The notes beneath the pieces were generated by a model. That model saw nothing but the letters and a program-made list of their open reading frames with translations, did no database searches and was not told the DNA's origin. A DNA stretch of 64,000 nt. Origin: the human T2T-CHM13v2.0 reference genome, Homo sapiens. A program made the translations under genes and the position numbers. Of this stretch, positions 31,346 through 45,764 are shown in pieces. The DNA lies in NCBI RefSeq assembly GCF_009914755.1, contig NC_060930.1. One strand, 5' to 3'. Position 1 is the first letter of the stretch; each line of letters opens with the position of its first letter.

Positions 31346-31595
31346 TTTCTCCAACACACATGGTGGCAGGAGAAGACTGAGATAAAACTACAGATTCTCC
31401 TGCCTCACTTCTCACACTTGCAATTTTATCAACCGAGTTTCTTGAGCAACTCAAAATAAATATGCATCTGGGCTTGTTCTTCAAAAGACTTGTGTAGCCA
31501 ATCCCTACTAGGCTGGGACTGTGAGCTCTGGCTGGCCCCTGTGCTGGGCTCAATAGAGAGGAAAAGTCAGATGTTGCAAACAGGTCACACTGCTT

Positions 31596-32110
31596 TGCCG
31601 AGACCAGCTCGGTCAGGGAGACCCTAATCCAGCGGCGCTAGAGGAATTAAAGACACACACACAGAAATACAGCACGTGAAGTGGGAAATCAGGGGTCTCA
31701 CAGCCTTCAGAGCTGAGAGCCTTGAACAGAGATTTACCCACGTGTTTATTGACAGCAAGCCAGTGATAAACATTGTTTGTATAGATTATAGATTAACTAA
31801 AAGTATTCCTTATGGGAAACAAGGGATGGGCCGAAATAAAGGGATGGGTTCTGGCTAGTAATCTGCAGCAGGAGCATGTCCTTAAGGCACAGATCACTCA
31901 TGCTATTGTTTGTGGTTTAAAAACGCCTTTAAGCGGTTTTCTGCCCTGGATGGGCCAGGTGTTCCTTGCCCCCATTCCGGTAAACCCACAACCTTCCAGC
32001 ATGTGCGTCATGGCCATCACGAGCATATCACAGTGCTGCAGAGATTTTGTTTATGGCCAATTTCGGGGCCAGTTTATGGCCAGATTTTGCGGGGGGGCCT
32101 GTTCCCAACA
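31596..32110 (-). mobile_element. MER9 solo LTR (HERV-K9/HML-3)
   Basis: TG..CA termini; minus strand starts 'tgttgggaacaggcccccc'; perfect 6-bp TSD CTGCTT at 31590-31595 and 32111-32116. Confidence 0.88.
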
Positions 32111-32883
32111 CTGCTTGATCCCATACTCTCTCCAACCTCACACATAGCATGCACTGAAAGCAAACTCACAAAGTCAGCAGCATGGTACATTTCCTTTAAT
32201 TTAGGAAAGGAACTGAGTCCAGACTAAATGAGGAACCTCATGCCTCTCTGGTGTCTCAATTTCCCACCTAACTATTGGGATCTGCAAAGTCAACATTTTT
32301 AAAGAATCACATGCTCCTTGTATAGACGGAAGGAACACACCAGAAGAACCTGGACAGGTTTTAATCCTTTGAGAATTAAAGTCCCAAACTGCACCAAAAA
32401 AGATAATTCTGCAGTCTTTCTGGAAGCTTCTCTCCTCATAAATCTGTTGCCATTTAACAGGGTGATGAACATGACATTGATTCTAGGGTTTCCAATAGAC
32501 ACAGTGGGTCATAGGTACAATTTTGCTCCTTTCACTCCGGGAGTCTTAGGCACAGCTGTGTCCAAAAGGATTTGCTGCCCTTTATTTGGGTTTGCAAGGA
32601 TGTTGTATTTCTCTGCATTGCAGATTTCCACAGCTTTGTGAGCAAGCCATAATTATTTCCAGACAAGATGCTGGCTCAGATGACTGCCTCATCCCTAATG
32701 TGGCTTCTCAGTTTCGCAAGAGGAAAACCCAGAACTTTCCTCCCTGTGCCTTCTGTGCCTCCTGGTAACGTGGCAAAGAGAAATCACAACTAGGAAAGAA
32801 GTCGTCATTTTAGGCGATGATAAAGCATTCCCAGAATAAAATAACTTGTTCAAATTCCAAACCCACATGTATAGAAACTATAA

Positions 32884-33190
<307 letters not shown>

Positions 33191-35054
33191 AAAACTATAA
33201 TTTTCTGTGTGGATGGCAACTTTCTTCCACAAACAGAATAAGGGGTGATTGTGCCAATGGTTTCTGCTCTTGAAATATACCTGGGTCTGGAGGCAAGTCT
33301 GCAATGATAGAACATTCAGCAGCCCATCTGTGTGTGAAAAGCCTGCCATACGGCAAAGAACGAGCAAACTGGAGAACCACACCAACCCATTTCCATTCCC
33401 CAGCCCTCTGAAAACCCACAAAGAGAAGTTCAGTTGGGCAGCTAGAGCTTGCTGGGAACTAAGGAGTCCACTGAGTGACCATAAGCACTGAAGAGCTTGC
33501 ATTTGCATTGGCTTTCCTTAAAGATTTGGTTTTAAGTAGCAAAACAAATACAAATTCAAGAGACATCTTGCTTAAAAAAAAAAAGGTGGAGGGGAAGGTG
33601 GTATTTATATTGCCACGTCAATTTTTTAATGCACTTTAAGATGAAAGAAATGTCCATTAAAACAGGGAATAATAACCAGTCCCTAAAGATCCATTTGCAG
33701 CTCTTTTCACTTCCTCCAGAGTGAAAGAAATTCCAGTTTCATGATGTCACTGCCTTAGCCAGATCTTTCTGAGGATGCAGCTGCTCAGATGCACACAGGT
33801 TCTGTTTGTGCAGTTTCCTCCTGTGTTTCCCAGAGGCGAATGAGGAGGACGGGCCATGGCAACATTCAACAAGCTGGCCTCACCCAGCACATACACACCT
33901 GCCATCTCTGCAGTTCTGACCTTGGCTAGCCTCACTCCACTGTCTAGCTTTAAGCCCCATCTTCATCTTTGAGCAGTGGCTGGAAGTTACAGCTGCAGCA
34001 AATGTGCAGAATATGAAAAGAATTTAGAATAGAATTAGACCAGAAACGATGTTGTTAAATCCAGCCATGTGCTACAGAGACCTGGCAAGGTTGCAGGCAT
34101 GTCTAAGTGTACAGAAGCAGGTGACATATGACCGAATGTAGGGGCCAGGACTAGGAGCTGACCTTTGCAAGACAGTGACTTAGCAAGTACAAAATCAACA
34201 AAAATCATCCTGACCTCTCTACTTCTAACTCCTGCACCCAAGCTAACATCCCTGCTCATGATGCAACCTCGGCCAGCTGGTAAGGAGGCCCCAAAAATTC
34301 ACTTGAAAATTCAACTCCAAATTTATTCGGAATCTTTTTTTTTTAGTGGGAAAATGACTTGTAATCCTGAAAAGAGACAGCATTAAGTGTAGAAATGATG
34401 AAGATGAATCAAATCTATTTCTGATATCTTGGGGTTAGGAGGTAATCTGTGGATATTTGGCCTTTTCCTTATTTGTTACATTTAAGAGGATTTTGTGTGC
34501 TGGAGTGTCAGTCAAACTTGTAATTCTAACTTAAACTGTGGAGCTAAAAAGTTGATGTAGACTATAATTTTATGTTGATATTTTAAGAGAATTTAAAATT
34601 TATTATATGTCTAGATTTTGTTATATTTACAGGAATTATTACTTAAGTACTTGGGAAGATTTTTCGTTGTTGTTAATCAGACAATTAAGGAAGTCAAATG
34701 ATTACATTTACAAAGGCTGTTCAAAAAGCTTAATGCAATTAGTGTTTGTTGATGGGACCAAAGTTAATCAAAGGCTCCCTTTAAAAAGTATTAAATATTA
34801 CTAGATTAATTTTAAAAAATAATATTTGCAGGTTGAACGGCATGTAGAAATGACATGAAGAACACTGCCAATGTGTTAATTAGACAACATTTACCAATTC
34901 TTATTATGAGAGTATTTCTTTCAAGGCACTTTACCAAATATCACATTTTCTTTCATTGAAAGGATCGTTTCAGCCTTGACTGATGTGCACGTGCTCACAA
35001 CAGAGGCGAAGGGCCGTAGAGTGAAGGCCCAAGGCTGCCACTGGTTAGCCTGTG

Positions 35055-35195
35055 GACTCGAGTCTCAGTTTTCTCATCTGTAAAATGGCATAATAATAAA
35101 TACATCATGCAGCCAACGGCAAGGACGGGATGAAATGTTGTGGGTAAAGAAAGCCCCCTGCCAACTACCTGGCCCATGGCAGGCACCCCACAGAC
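35055..35195 (+). mobile_element. MIR
   Basis: Core 'gtctcagttttctcatctgtaaaatgg'. Confidence 0.6.
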
Positions 35196-35681
35196 AGTGC
35201 TTGTGATTGTCACCTCACTGTGAGACCTACAGTAATAGTCATGTAATACTCTTTTCCTCTGGGCCATTGTTTTCTTGGATTATATTGACAACTTATATTG
35301 TAAGGAAATCTCCCAGAGTGACCCTGTTAAGATGTCAGAAATATCATAGCACATGTCAGCTTGAAGCCCTTTGATGGCTTCGTCTTGGTCAGAAGAAGAG
35401 CCGAGGTCAGACTGTGGCCTCCAGGTCCCCCAGCAGGTGGCTCAGTGCTTTCCTGGGATACACTAGGCCCTTCCATGGCAGGTCTTTGTGACAGCTGTTC
35501 CCTCTGCCTGGAAGCTCTTCCTTAAGAATTCTGTGTGACTCACCTCTTCCACTTTCAGGCCTCTGTTTGAATGTCACCTGAGCCCCCTGTTTAAAACTGC
35601 ACCCCACCCAACAGGCCAATCCCAGGAATAAGTGCATCCTTTGTGTCAAAAGGGGTGGTCTGAAAGCTTAAGAAATGGTAA

Positions 35682-36039
<358 letters not shown>

Positions 36040-38522
36040 TAAAACAGCGCCTGGCACCCAGAAACAACCAAGGATTTGAAGGAAAGAGTGGGCCAAGACT
36101 CAGGCAACGTAGGTTTTTATCCCAATTCTGAGACATGCCTGCTTTGTGACTTTGTAGAAATCATGACCTTCTTGAGTCTTCATTTCCTTCTCTCCAAAAC
36201 GGACCTAACAATCTGTCTCCTGGTGTCTTGAAGGGGCTGCAGGCAGGATAGAGATGTAAGTGCACATGTATTATAAGGCCCTGCAGAAACAGGACGGATT
36301 ATTGTCATTAGCTGGTGACATTTGCAAGGACTGCCTACATGCATACTGTTTTAAATGCTTTTGAATTGGGAATTGTCTCCCCTGTGGCCTTTGTATGAAA
36401 CGAGATTCTACATCAAGTGTGACAAACATCTCCAGCACCACTGAGTGTTCGGCCCTGTGGCACGACATGAGGAAGGGGGAAGGATGGCCCATTGCAAATT
36501 TTCTCAAGACTGGTGAAAATTGGGGTCAACTGGAATATTCTGGAGATCTATCAATGAGGCCAGATTAGCATCATTGGAATTTGCCTCATCCTATAAATTC
36601 CTGGGCAGCATCCTCTTGGAAGGATTGTATTGAAGGAAAGAGACTTGATAAAGTACATTACTTCTGATAATACAACAATCCCATGAGTAAGCGCACTCCT
36701 TGCGTCCAAAAGGTGGTGAAAAGACTTCCACAGGATTCTCCTCATGGTTTATACTGGGTACCTCAGTCTGCAATTTTTTTTTTTTAACTCCTCTCATGAA
36801 GTTCAGAGACCAAGGATCTTTCTCCTGCAGATTGACACTGTTAATCACAAACAAGCCCAGGGTTGTGTTCAGAGACAAAGTCAGTGTGACCGGTGACTGT
36901 TACAGCAATACAAAATAATGGCAGCAGTCCCACTAGCCGAGGCCAGCATCGAATAGGGCAAGTTACTCAAACACGTCACCCTAGCGACCACTCCAAACAC
37001 CTGTGCTTAAACTAACTTAGGGAGCCCGGTTTTGCAGGATGTGCAACCACGTTGTGCCCCCTAGGGCTCACCAGACTTTAGTACCTAATGCAGCTACCCT
37101 CACCGTGGCCCAGGTTCCCAGGGAAATAAAACATGTAAGTTGCCAATACAGGAAACAGAAGTCATCCTCATTGCTCTGCAGGGATTTAAAAATTACAAAC
37201 TTTTCATTAGCAGGAGCTAAGAACAAGAGATGAGTGCCATCTTGTGGAGAGACCCACAGACACGCATGGAGTTGTACCCCAAGTTCTCTCCCAGTGCAAG
37301 CATTCCCCAAACTCACCCCCTCTTAACCATCTCCTGAGTCAAATGCACTTGAGCACATAGTGCACAGTGCTCTTTCAACTTTTTCAAAATAGCAACAGTT
37401 TAACAGCTAATAACCTTAAGCTCCCTCACAGCAGCCTGAGGCCTACCGGAAGCTCTCTAAGGACGCTGCACCATGTTGTCCTCCCATCACCGGGCAGCCC
37501 ATCTCCTCAGTTTGTTGGCCTCCCAGTTGGTAGAAGAGAGAGGGTAATGGTCCTTTTGCTCATGCAGCCTCTCCCCCTACTTCAATGCTCACCATTTGGT
37601 TTCATGAGAGAAACCTTCATTACATATTACACATCACATAGGTGCTGGGGATACCAAAATAACAATGACAGGCTGGCAAGGGGTCGGGTAAACAGACATG
37701 TAAGTGACAAGCGCTGTGATTGTGCAGAGCAACAGGGCAGAGAGCTGAAGAAGGAGGGAGAGAAGTCCTGGGGCTCTGTCTACAGAGCAGCCATCACTGA
37801 GGGTGCGCCACTGCCCCCCGTGTTCCCTGGGGCCCCAGCAGACTCCTTTGAGTGCTAGTTGGAGCAGGAGCTGTGGCCACGTTGACCAAGACCGTCCTCG
37901 AGAGGAACCTCTGCCCTCCTTGGCGAGGCTGGTCTGGGTGTGGACACTGCTTTTCCTCTTAGTTCTTCTGAGGCAAGGTTTTCCAGTAGAAATGTTTACT
38001 AGGTGACTAAAGGAAAAAACAAAAGCAAACAATGAAATACAGGGGCATATAAAGGCTAGCCTGCAAACAAAGGTGCCACACCCCAACATGACAGACACTA
38101 AACTCCAGCACAGGCCAGCCTGACGAGGGTGGCTTCTTAGTATGTGAATCTCTTTGCCATCTTCACCTCATACCTGTGTCCAGGGGCACGAGGCCAAGCT
38201 GCAGACAAGCCCAGTGAAGGCAGACTGGGCTTACGAGACTCATGGCCTACTGAGACCTGCAGTACATTCCAGAAGCTGCTTCCTAAATTCTGCTCTCGGG
38301 CGGGCTCGTGGCATCCACACCCCGGTTTCCACTGCAGTCTGCCCATCCTGGCCCTGAAAGTGGAAGGTCTTCCAGTTGTTGTTGGCTTTGTTGTCATTGT
38401 TTTTAAGGTCAATGGACATTTGAGTTGCGTCTGAATTTGGCAAAGATTTATTTTGGTTATGCTGGTATGAAATCTGTTTTCTAATTTATTGTATTTCTCA
38501 ATCTCATCTCAAGGGGAGATAT

Positions 38523-39345
38523 TGTGAAATATATATTTGTTCTTCATCCCGTTTCCTGGCATACAGCTCCTAAAATCCTGGGAATCTCCAAGTGTCTTTT
38601 TATAATTGACTTTTATGATGTCTTTTCATATGCTAATGATTGACTGATGGCTGGGCTCCCTAGACTGTTTAAGGAAAGTCTGTTCTCCAGAAAGACCAAG
38701 GCAGGATTAGAGGTTCAGGACTTCCAGCTCCAACCCTCAATGTCCAAGGAGTGGAGGGAGCTGGGGGTTAAGTTGATTACCAATGGCCAGTGGTTTTGTC
38801 AATCATGCCTACATAATGACGTGTCCATAAAAGGCCCAAAAGAACAGAATCTGGAGAGCTTCCAGGTAGGTGATCAGGTGGAGGTTTCCGGAGGGTAGCA
38901 AACCCCTTCCCCCATACCTTGCCCTACACATCTCTTCTTCTGTATCCTTTGTAATGTCCTTTAAGTAAACTGGTAAAGGTATTTCTCTGAGTTCTGCGGG
39001 CCACTCTAGCAAATTAATCAAACCCAGAGAGGGGATTGTGGGAACCCCAACTTGAAGCTAATAGGTCAGAAGTTCCGGAGGCGCAGAATTGTGACTAGTG
39101 ATTGGGGTTAAGGATGGCAGCCTCAGACACTGAGCACTGTGAGATCTGACACGACCTCCAGGTAAACAGCATTGTAGTTGAATTAGAGGACACCCAGCTG
39201 GTGTCCCCTGAAGAACTGCTTGCTTGTTTGCAGCTGGGGAGAAATCTCCCGCATTTGTTCACAGAAGTCTTCATCTGTGTTGATTGTTGTGTTGTTGAGT
39301 GAGAAAATAGGAAAACGCACTTGCAGCTTTTGTGTTTTTTCCACA
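38523..39345 (+). mobile_element. MER21A/B-like LTR
   Basis: 'tgtgaaatatatatttgttcttcatcccgtttcctggcatacagctcctaaaatcc..aattagaggacacccagctggtgtcc'. Confidence 0.75.
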
Positions 39346-39354
39346 CTAACACCC

Positions 39355-40025
39355 TGAAAAAAATGAAATCCTGTGCCTCCCAACCAACTGAACCAATCCC
39401 CTCTTGGCCAGGGGTATCCCAGGGAAATGAAAACTGAGTTCCCCACCGTGACCGTTGGGAGGTCGGACAGGCCCCTGCTAACCCCCCTTAGGCTTTCTTC
39501 CCTAAGGTTAAACAGAAACCAGCCCTTTGGAAAGACCACCCAGATATCAACCAACCACCTACCACTGCACCTCTTTTGAAGTTTGGACGAAACAATCCAC
39601 CAGTATTCCTTCCTGATAAGAGACCACCAACCACAGAGTGGTTCCGGCTGGCCTACGGAGGATGCACAGAGAGGGTTTTTGTGTTCCCTCTTCATCTTTT
39701 GATGTCAGAGGGCGAATACTCAACCCCATCATGTTGACGCTGCCATTTTTTGAATGTAGAGAGGCATCGTGCTTGGTTGCGCATTCGCAGGTTACCTCTC
39801 TCATAAATATTTATGATCCTCCTGTAGCTTATTGAATATGTATATTTGGCCACCCGTTCAGCATAAATTCCTTATTCTTCCCACCCTTGAAGTGTCTGTT
39901 TCTGGATTCTGGCCGGAGGCTATGCTTCCTGCCTGTCAGAATGGCCACCTGGCAGGCTGCAACCCTTTATAAGAAATGAAGCTCTCCTTTCCAAATTTAT
40001 GAACCTTGTTATTCTTCCGCTGACA
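39355..40025 (+). mobile_element. MER39-like ERV1 LTR
   Basis: 'ccaaccaactgaac..cccctcttggcca..gaaaactgagttccc..aggttaaacagaaaccagcccttt', ending 'ttccaaatttatgaacc..tgaca'. Confidence 0.65.
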
Positions 40026-40315
40026 CTCCTCTTTATATGGACTTAATTGGGACCGATAAATTTAGTGTGGGGCAACTGGAAATATAATGAAGCAATGATG
40101 AATTCTAGAAGTTATCCTTGAGATTGTATTCACTTAGTAAAAATACAGGGCAGAATCGGAAGTAAAGCGGTACTCTCAATACAATGAGTAGTCCACAAGC
40201 CATCTAAACAAGAGGTCGCAGTTCTGGTTTTGGAACAAAATTCAGGCATGAGTCTGAATCCCAGCTCTGCTTTTCTAGCTGCGCCTGACTAGTGCAAGCC
40301 ACTTCGCCATGTGAG

Positions 40316-40739
40316 TATCTTAGTCCATCCACACCATATAACAAAGCACCGTAGACTGGGTGGCTTATAAGCAACAGACATTTATTTCCCCCAGTTCTGG
40401 AGGCTGGAAGTCCAAGATCAAAGTGCCAGTGGATCTGGTGTCCGGTGAGGGCTACTCACACATTCTTGCTGTGTCTTCACATGGTGGAAGGGGCACACCA
40501 GCTTAAGGGAGAGAATTCACCCTTCCCATCCCCTTTGGCCCCTTCTTCTTCCACTATGTGAGGACACAGCAACAAGGTGCCACCCTGGAAGCAGAGAGCA
40601 GCCCTCACCAGGCATCAGATCTGCTGATGCCTTGATCTTGGGTTTCCCAGCCTCCAGAACTGGCAGAAGTAAATTTCTATTATTTGTAAATTACCCAGTC
40701 TCAGATATTTTGTTATAGCAGCACAGATGGACTAAGACA
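40316..40739. mobile_element. Two MLT1A/MST-type LTR 3' halves in inverted orientation
   Basis: Left half antisense ('cttagtccat..cagttctggaggctggaagtccaagatcaa'); right half sense ('ttgatcttgggtttcccagcctccagaactg..atggactaagaca'). Confidence 0.8.
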
Positions 40740-40749
40740 CCAGGCTAGA

Positions 40750-40940
40750 GAACAAGGTTTCTCAAAAGTGTGGTTTCTGCTCCACATCAATAAAGGCCGC
40801 CTGGGCTCCTTGTGGAAGATGCAGATTTCCAGGTCCCATCCAAGAATTTTGAAGCCAAATAGCCAGAGTCAGGCCCCAAATCTGCATTTTGAAGAAGTGC
40901 TCGCTGATGCACATGTGCACCAAATTTGGGGCCTCTGTTT
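40750..40940. mobile_element. MER5-like DNA transposon
   Basis: 'ggtttctcaaaagtgtgg..atgcagatttccaggtccca..aatctgcatttt'. Confidence 0.55.
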
Positions 40941-41041
40941 CAGAGGGAAGGCAACAAGTTTGCAGCGTGTGAGTTCTAAGTCCTGCAGCACATCACCCTG
41001 GACCCTGTGACCCCAGGGAAACACAAATAAATCACTCATCA

Positions 41042-41378
<337 letters not shown>

Positions 41379-42194
41379 AAAGAGTTCTTGTGAAAAACTG
41401 TTGGAAAAAAAAATCTTTTAAAACACTTTGTACCTGCACATAAGCTGTGCTCACTACTGATGCCAACCCCAAAAAACAGAAACATCCAGAACCCAGAGTT
41501 GATGTGGAAGGCAGGGGAGAGGGGAAGGCAGCCCTGGCCCTGCAGTGGCCACTACAGCCAGACCCTTAGCTGTTAGATACACCAGGGTGACCTGGAAGAC
41601 TTGGTTTGAACAAAGGGCTTCTTTTGTTTTTAACCTACTTTTTGTGATAAATGACTGTCTTTAGTTTCCTAAAATAAATCCACATTAGCGCCGAGTTGAC
41701 AAAAATGCCCTGGTTGGGCAACATTGCGGAGCAGCAGATTTTGCTGTTAAGGCCAAACTGCCTCCACACCTGTTCTTAGTGCAGCTCTTCTCACTGAATA
41801 CCTGTCTCAGGACATTTTCTGCTCTAGAAGTTACTCTGTTAGGTCTAAATTTAACTTCCTGTATTGTCCAGTTCAAGGGAATTTGTATTTGAAGCCTAAT
41901 CTTTCACTGGGGAATAAAATTGCAAGAGGAAATACGTTCTTTCATGTCAGGATTCCATGCTGGGCTCCCGAAGACAACACTATTAGCCCATTTTCTAGGA
42001 CAGAAACCATTTCCACCCAGAAAGTTCTTGGTGGTAAAAGGTTAAGCAATGTTTTAGTGACTCAAAAATCGAATCCAGGCAGGAATATTCCTCTGCGGCA
42101 TTGTCACGTGTGGTCAATTCTGTAGATTGTATCCCTAAAATCACTCCCACCCTTTTCCCCCTTTGCCTTTCTTTGCTCTAGAAGCTGAAAAACC

Positions 42195-42630
42195 AAAATC
42201 CTCCATTTCTCAGCCTCTTGCAGCCAGGGGCTGGGGGGGATGGGGGAGAATACGACAATTCTATCTAGTAAGATGCAGGTGGAAACCCCTAGAGTGGCTG
42301 TCCCTCCCCAGAAAGGGCAATACCCTTCTATAGGAAAGCACTTTATTTTTCCCCTGTACACTCTCCATTTCTTTCTGCCTGGAATGCAATTGTCACTATT
42401 GGCAAAACAGTAGCTATCTTGTGACCGTGAGAGAGAAAATATGGAAAGGAAATCCAACCAGCTCAGGATGAGAGGAGGAAAACACACAGTGAGACTCGGT
42501 CCCTGAGGCCTCTTGGAGCAGCTGCAAAAGTTCTGGCCTGCCCTCCTAGAGACTCCTTTCGTGAGAAAAATGAACCTCGTCTGTTTTAGGCCAGTCTTGG
42601 GGAGGGCTTCGGCTACTTAACACACTGTCC
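42195..42630 (+). mobile_element. Old MLT1J/K-like LTR
   Basis: 'ctgcctggaatgc', 'gctatcttgtgaccgtgag' and 'ggagcagctgc'. Confidence 0.4.
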
Positions 42631-42884
42631 TGGCTAGTAAGCAAGAGTTGACAGTTTCTACTGTGGTTTGTCTCACTTTTTATCTAGGCAGTAAAATGAT
42701 CAATCTTCAAGAGGGTGACGCCACAGACATCCCCTTCCATCCGCTTCTGTGCCGATCAGCTGTGGCATGAGGGCTACAGCCCCGACGCAGGTGTAAACAT
42801 CCGTGTGGCTCTGACACTCCTACACGAGAATGCTTCTTGGATTTGCCGTAAAACAGACTAAAAGAACGACAGGTGAAGTCTAAG

Positions 42885-43090
42885 TACATGCTATGTGCTG
42901 AGCATTATTCTAGGTGCTATACAATCAGTATTAACTCATTTAATCTTAACACCACCCCTAAGATGTATTATTTATTAATCCCAGTTTACATATACATATT
43001 TAAAGCTCAGAGAGTTTAAGCAACTTATCTAAAGTCACACGACTGGTGGAACCAAGCACAGGCCCAAGCTGGCAGTCTGGTCTCATAACC
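42885..43090 (-). mobile_element. MIR
   Basis: 'attaactcatttaatctt..ctcagagagtttaagcaacttatctaaagtcacac'. Confidence 0.65.
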
Positions 43091-43094
43091 CTGG

Positions 43095-43519
43095 TGTGTC
43101 CACAGTTGGCTCCTTCCGGTGGGTTCTCACTCTGGCTGACTTCAAGAATTAAGCCGGGGATCTTCTCGGTGAGTAGCTCTTACGGGTGGTACGGGCCCAA
43201 AGAGTCAGCAGCAGCAAGATTTACTGCTAAGAGCAAAAGAACAAATATTCCACAGCACGAAAGCGGTACCCAAGTAGGTTGCTGCTGCTGGCTCTGGTGA
43301 CCAGCGTTTATTCCCTTATGTGGCCCCCGCCCATGTCCTGCTGATTGGTCCATTTTACAGAGTGCTGATTGGTCCATTTTTACAGAATGCTGATTGGTGC
43401 ATTTATAATCCTCTAGCTAGATACAGAGCGCTGATTGGTGCATTTACTATCCTCTGGCTAGACAGAAAAGTTCTCCAAGTCCCCACCTGACCCAGAAGCC
43501 CAGTTGGCTTCACCTCTCA
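43095..43519 (-). mobile_element. LTR12-family (HERV-9) short solo LTR, LTR12F-like
   Basis: 'gctgacttcaagaa..aagccg', four GCTGATTGGT repeats, 'cagaaaagttctccaagtcccca..ggcttcacctctca'; flanks CTGG/CTGC. Confidence 0.88.
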
Positions 43520-45423
43520 CTGCTACTTTCTGTCAACCAGAGTCAAATAATTTTTTCCAACCAACCAGGCAACTCACAAAATCAGTGGGTCCCCGGGGTA
43601 TAATTTTCAGGCATCAGGCTTCCAGAGGTCAGAATTCTGGCCACCCATGATATTCTTCCTCCAGTGAGGAGCCCTCCAGACCTGCTCCATAGCGACGGCA
43701 GGACCTGCCTCCCAGCAGAGCAGAGATGAGCTAGTCAGGAGCAGGAGAAATGATCTTCAGACTCTGGGGCCCAGCATTCCCCAGGTTTCCTGCAGGTCTC
43801 AAAATCTATCTTGAACAAACTTGCTTACATCATTTATTTTTAAATAAAAAAGAACCACTATTGGGAGAAGGTAGTGCTTGATTTTTTCTTCTTGGCAGAG
43901 TTCATTCCATAGCCTGCATGAAAGCCAAGATTCTGTGTGTTTGGTTTTGTTATCTCTGTGCCCTACTCGAGTTTTATTTATGGTTGCAAAGCTACAGTGT
44001 CTATAAATTAGACTTCCATACATTTTCTTTTGATATTTTATCTGAAAAGCAAATAATATCAATGGCATGCTTACTACTTGATGAAACTTACTAAGCAGAT
44101 CTTACAATGGTACACTTTTTACCTAGAGTTGTTACATCTTCTGTTACGATTCCCACCCAACCTGGGAAATAAAAGCAATTTTTACAAAGTTAACCTGAAA
44201 AAGATAAAAATTCATTTTTGCTTCATTCTAAAATCTCCAGCTGGAAATGGAGAGAAGATCAAATTGTTTGTCAGCTGTGGCTCCCTCCTCCTTTTTGAAG
44301 AGAACTAAATATGCGTGCTTAGTTAGGCCCATTGTTTTGTAAAATCACATCTATTTTCTTTGCTATTGTCGCTGTGAAGCATGAATATAGCATGCTGCCT
44401 GCTGGGCTGGAAATACACCCGTCGAGCCAATCCCGTACTTCATTTATGATCTATTATTCTCCATTATTCCTGCAGAGCTTCTGATTGCATTCCTATTAAT
44501 CGTTCTAATTTGCTCTTCATTATGCTATTTGCCATTCAGTGTTGGGCCTCTACTCGGTTGACTTCCAGTGTTTAGTAACTTATGTTGAGATGCAGCTTTC
44601 TTTAGATTGGTGCCGCTTGAGAACGCAGACACCCAGTATCTTTGCTGCCTCCGAAAGGGCACCGCAGAGGCCTTATGTGCCCATCTCATGTGGATGGCCA
44701 ACAGGTTAGGTCCCTTTATTTATAATCTAGTATGCATCCCTCGTCCTCAGCTCTTTACTAAATGTCCACTGGCTGCCAGGCCTGTGCCAGGTGCTGGGAT
44801 AATGAGCCTGCAGGAGCTCAAGCCTGCTGTGGGAAGTGGGCCAGGAGCCCAGGGCACATCCTCTAGTAGACCCTATAGGACCCTGTGCCAGTTAGAACGT
44901 GTTGAACTGCAAGTAATGGAAACTCACCTTCAACGGAGCAAACATCAGGGGAAATTGACCATCTCCTGAAACAAAAGTCAGGAGATAAGGCTCTCCAGGG
45001 CTCACGCATGTGAAACTTAGGACTCAGATCATTTTCACCTTTCTGCTCCTCCGCCCCCGGCATTCCAGCTTCTCCCTGTGCTTACACGGGAGCTGAAGGA
45101 GTTTTAAGTGAGACGTCCACACACAACTGTTTCAGAGAAACAAGATAGGGGTTGACATTTCTTTGTATCTCTTGTTAAAAGTGAATAAATCTTTCCTAGA
45201 AACCCCCCACCAGCCTATCCCTTGGGTCTTGTTGGACAAAATCGCATCATATGCTCATGTTTAAACCAACCACTGGCAAGTTATATGAGGTGGCCACAAT
45301 TGGCTAGGACCCATCAGGAGCTTGGAAAGTGGATGAGGCAGTCTCCCCTAAACATGTGGCTGCACAGGGGAGATGAAATAGCTAAACAAACTCAAGTCTG
45401 TATTAGGAAGCAGAAAAGGAGAC

Positions 45424-45764
45424 TGTTATGGTCTAAATGTTTGTGTCCCTCCAAAATTTATATTTTGAAACCTGATCCCCAATGCAATAGTATTCAGACG
45501 TGGGGCCTTTAGGAGATGGTTAGGTCATAACAGCTTTGCCCTCATGAATGGGAGTTAGTGCCCCTATTAAGGAGAGTCGAGAGAGTGTTTGTCCTTTCCA
45601 TCACGTGAGGACAGAGCAAGAAGTAGCTGTCAGCAGACACCAGATCTGCTGGCACCTTGATCTTGGGTTTCCCAACTTCCAGAACTGTAAACAACAAATT
45701 TCTATTGTTTACAAATTACCCAGTCTTAGGTATTTTGTTGTAGCAGCACAAATGGAGTAAGATA
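45424..45764 (+). mobile_element. MLT1A-type MaLR LTR
   Basis: 'tgttatggtctaaatgtttgtgtccctccaaaat..ccctcatgaatggga..ggcaccttgatcttgg'. Confidence 0.85.

Noticed and set aside
36900-37150. Possible unclassified LTR-like segment ending 'aataaaacatgtaagttgccaataca'
   Set aside because: Could not assign a family, termini or TSD by eye.
43335-43460. GCTGATTGGT repeats with spacers resembling a CRISPR-like array
   Set aside because: Normal U3 tandem repeats of LTR12 in a eukaryotic context.
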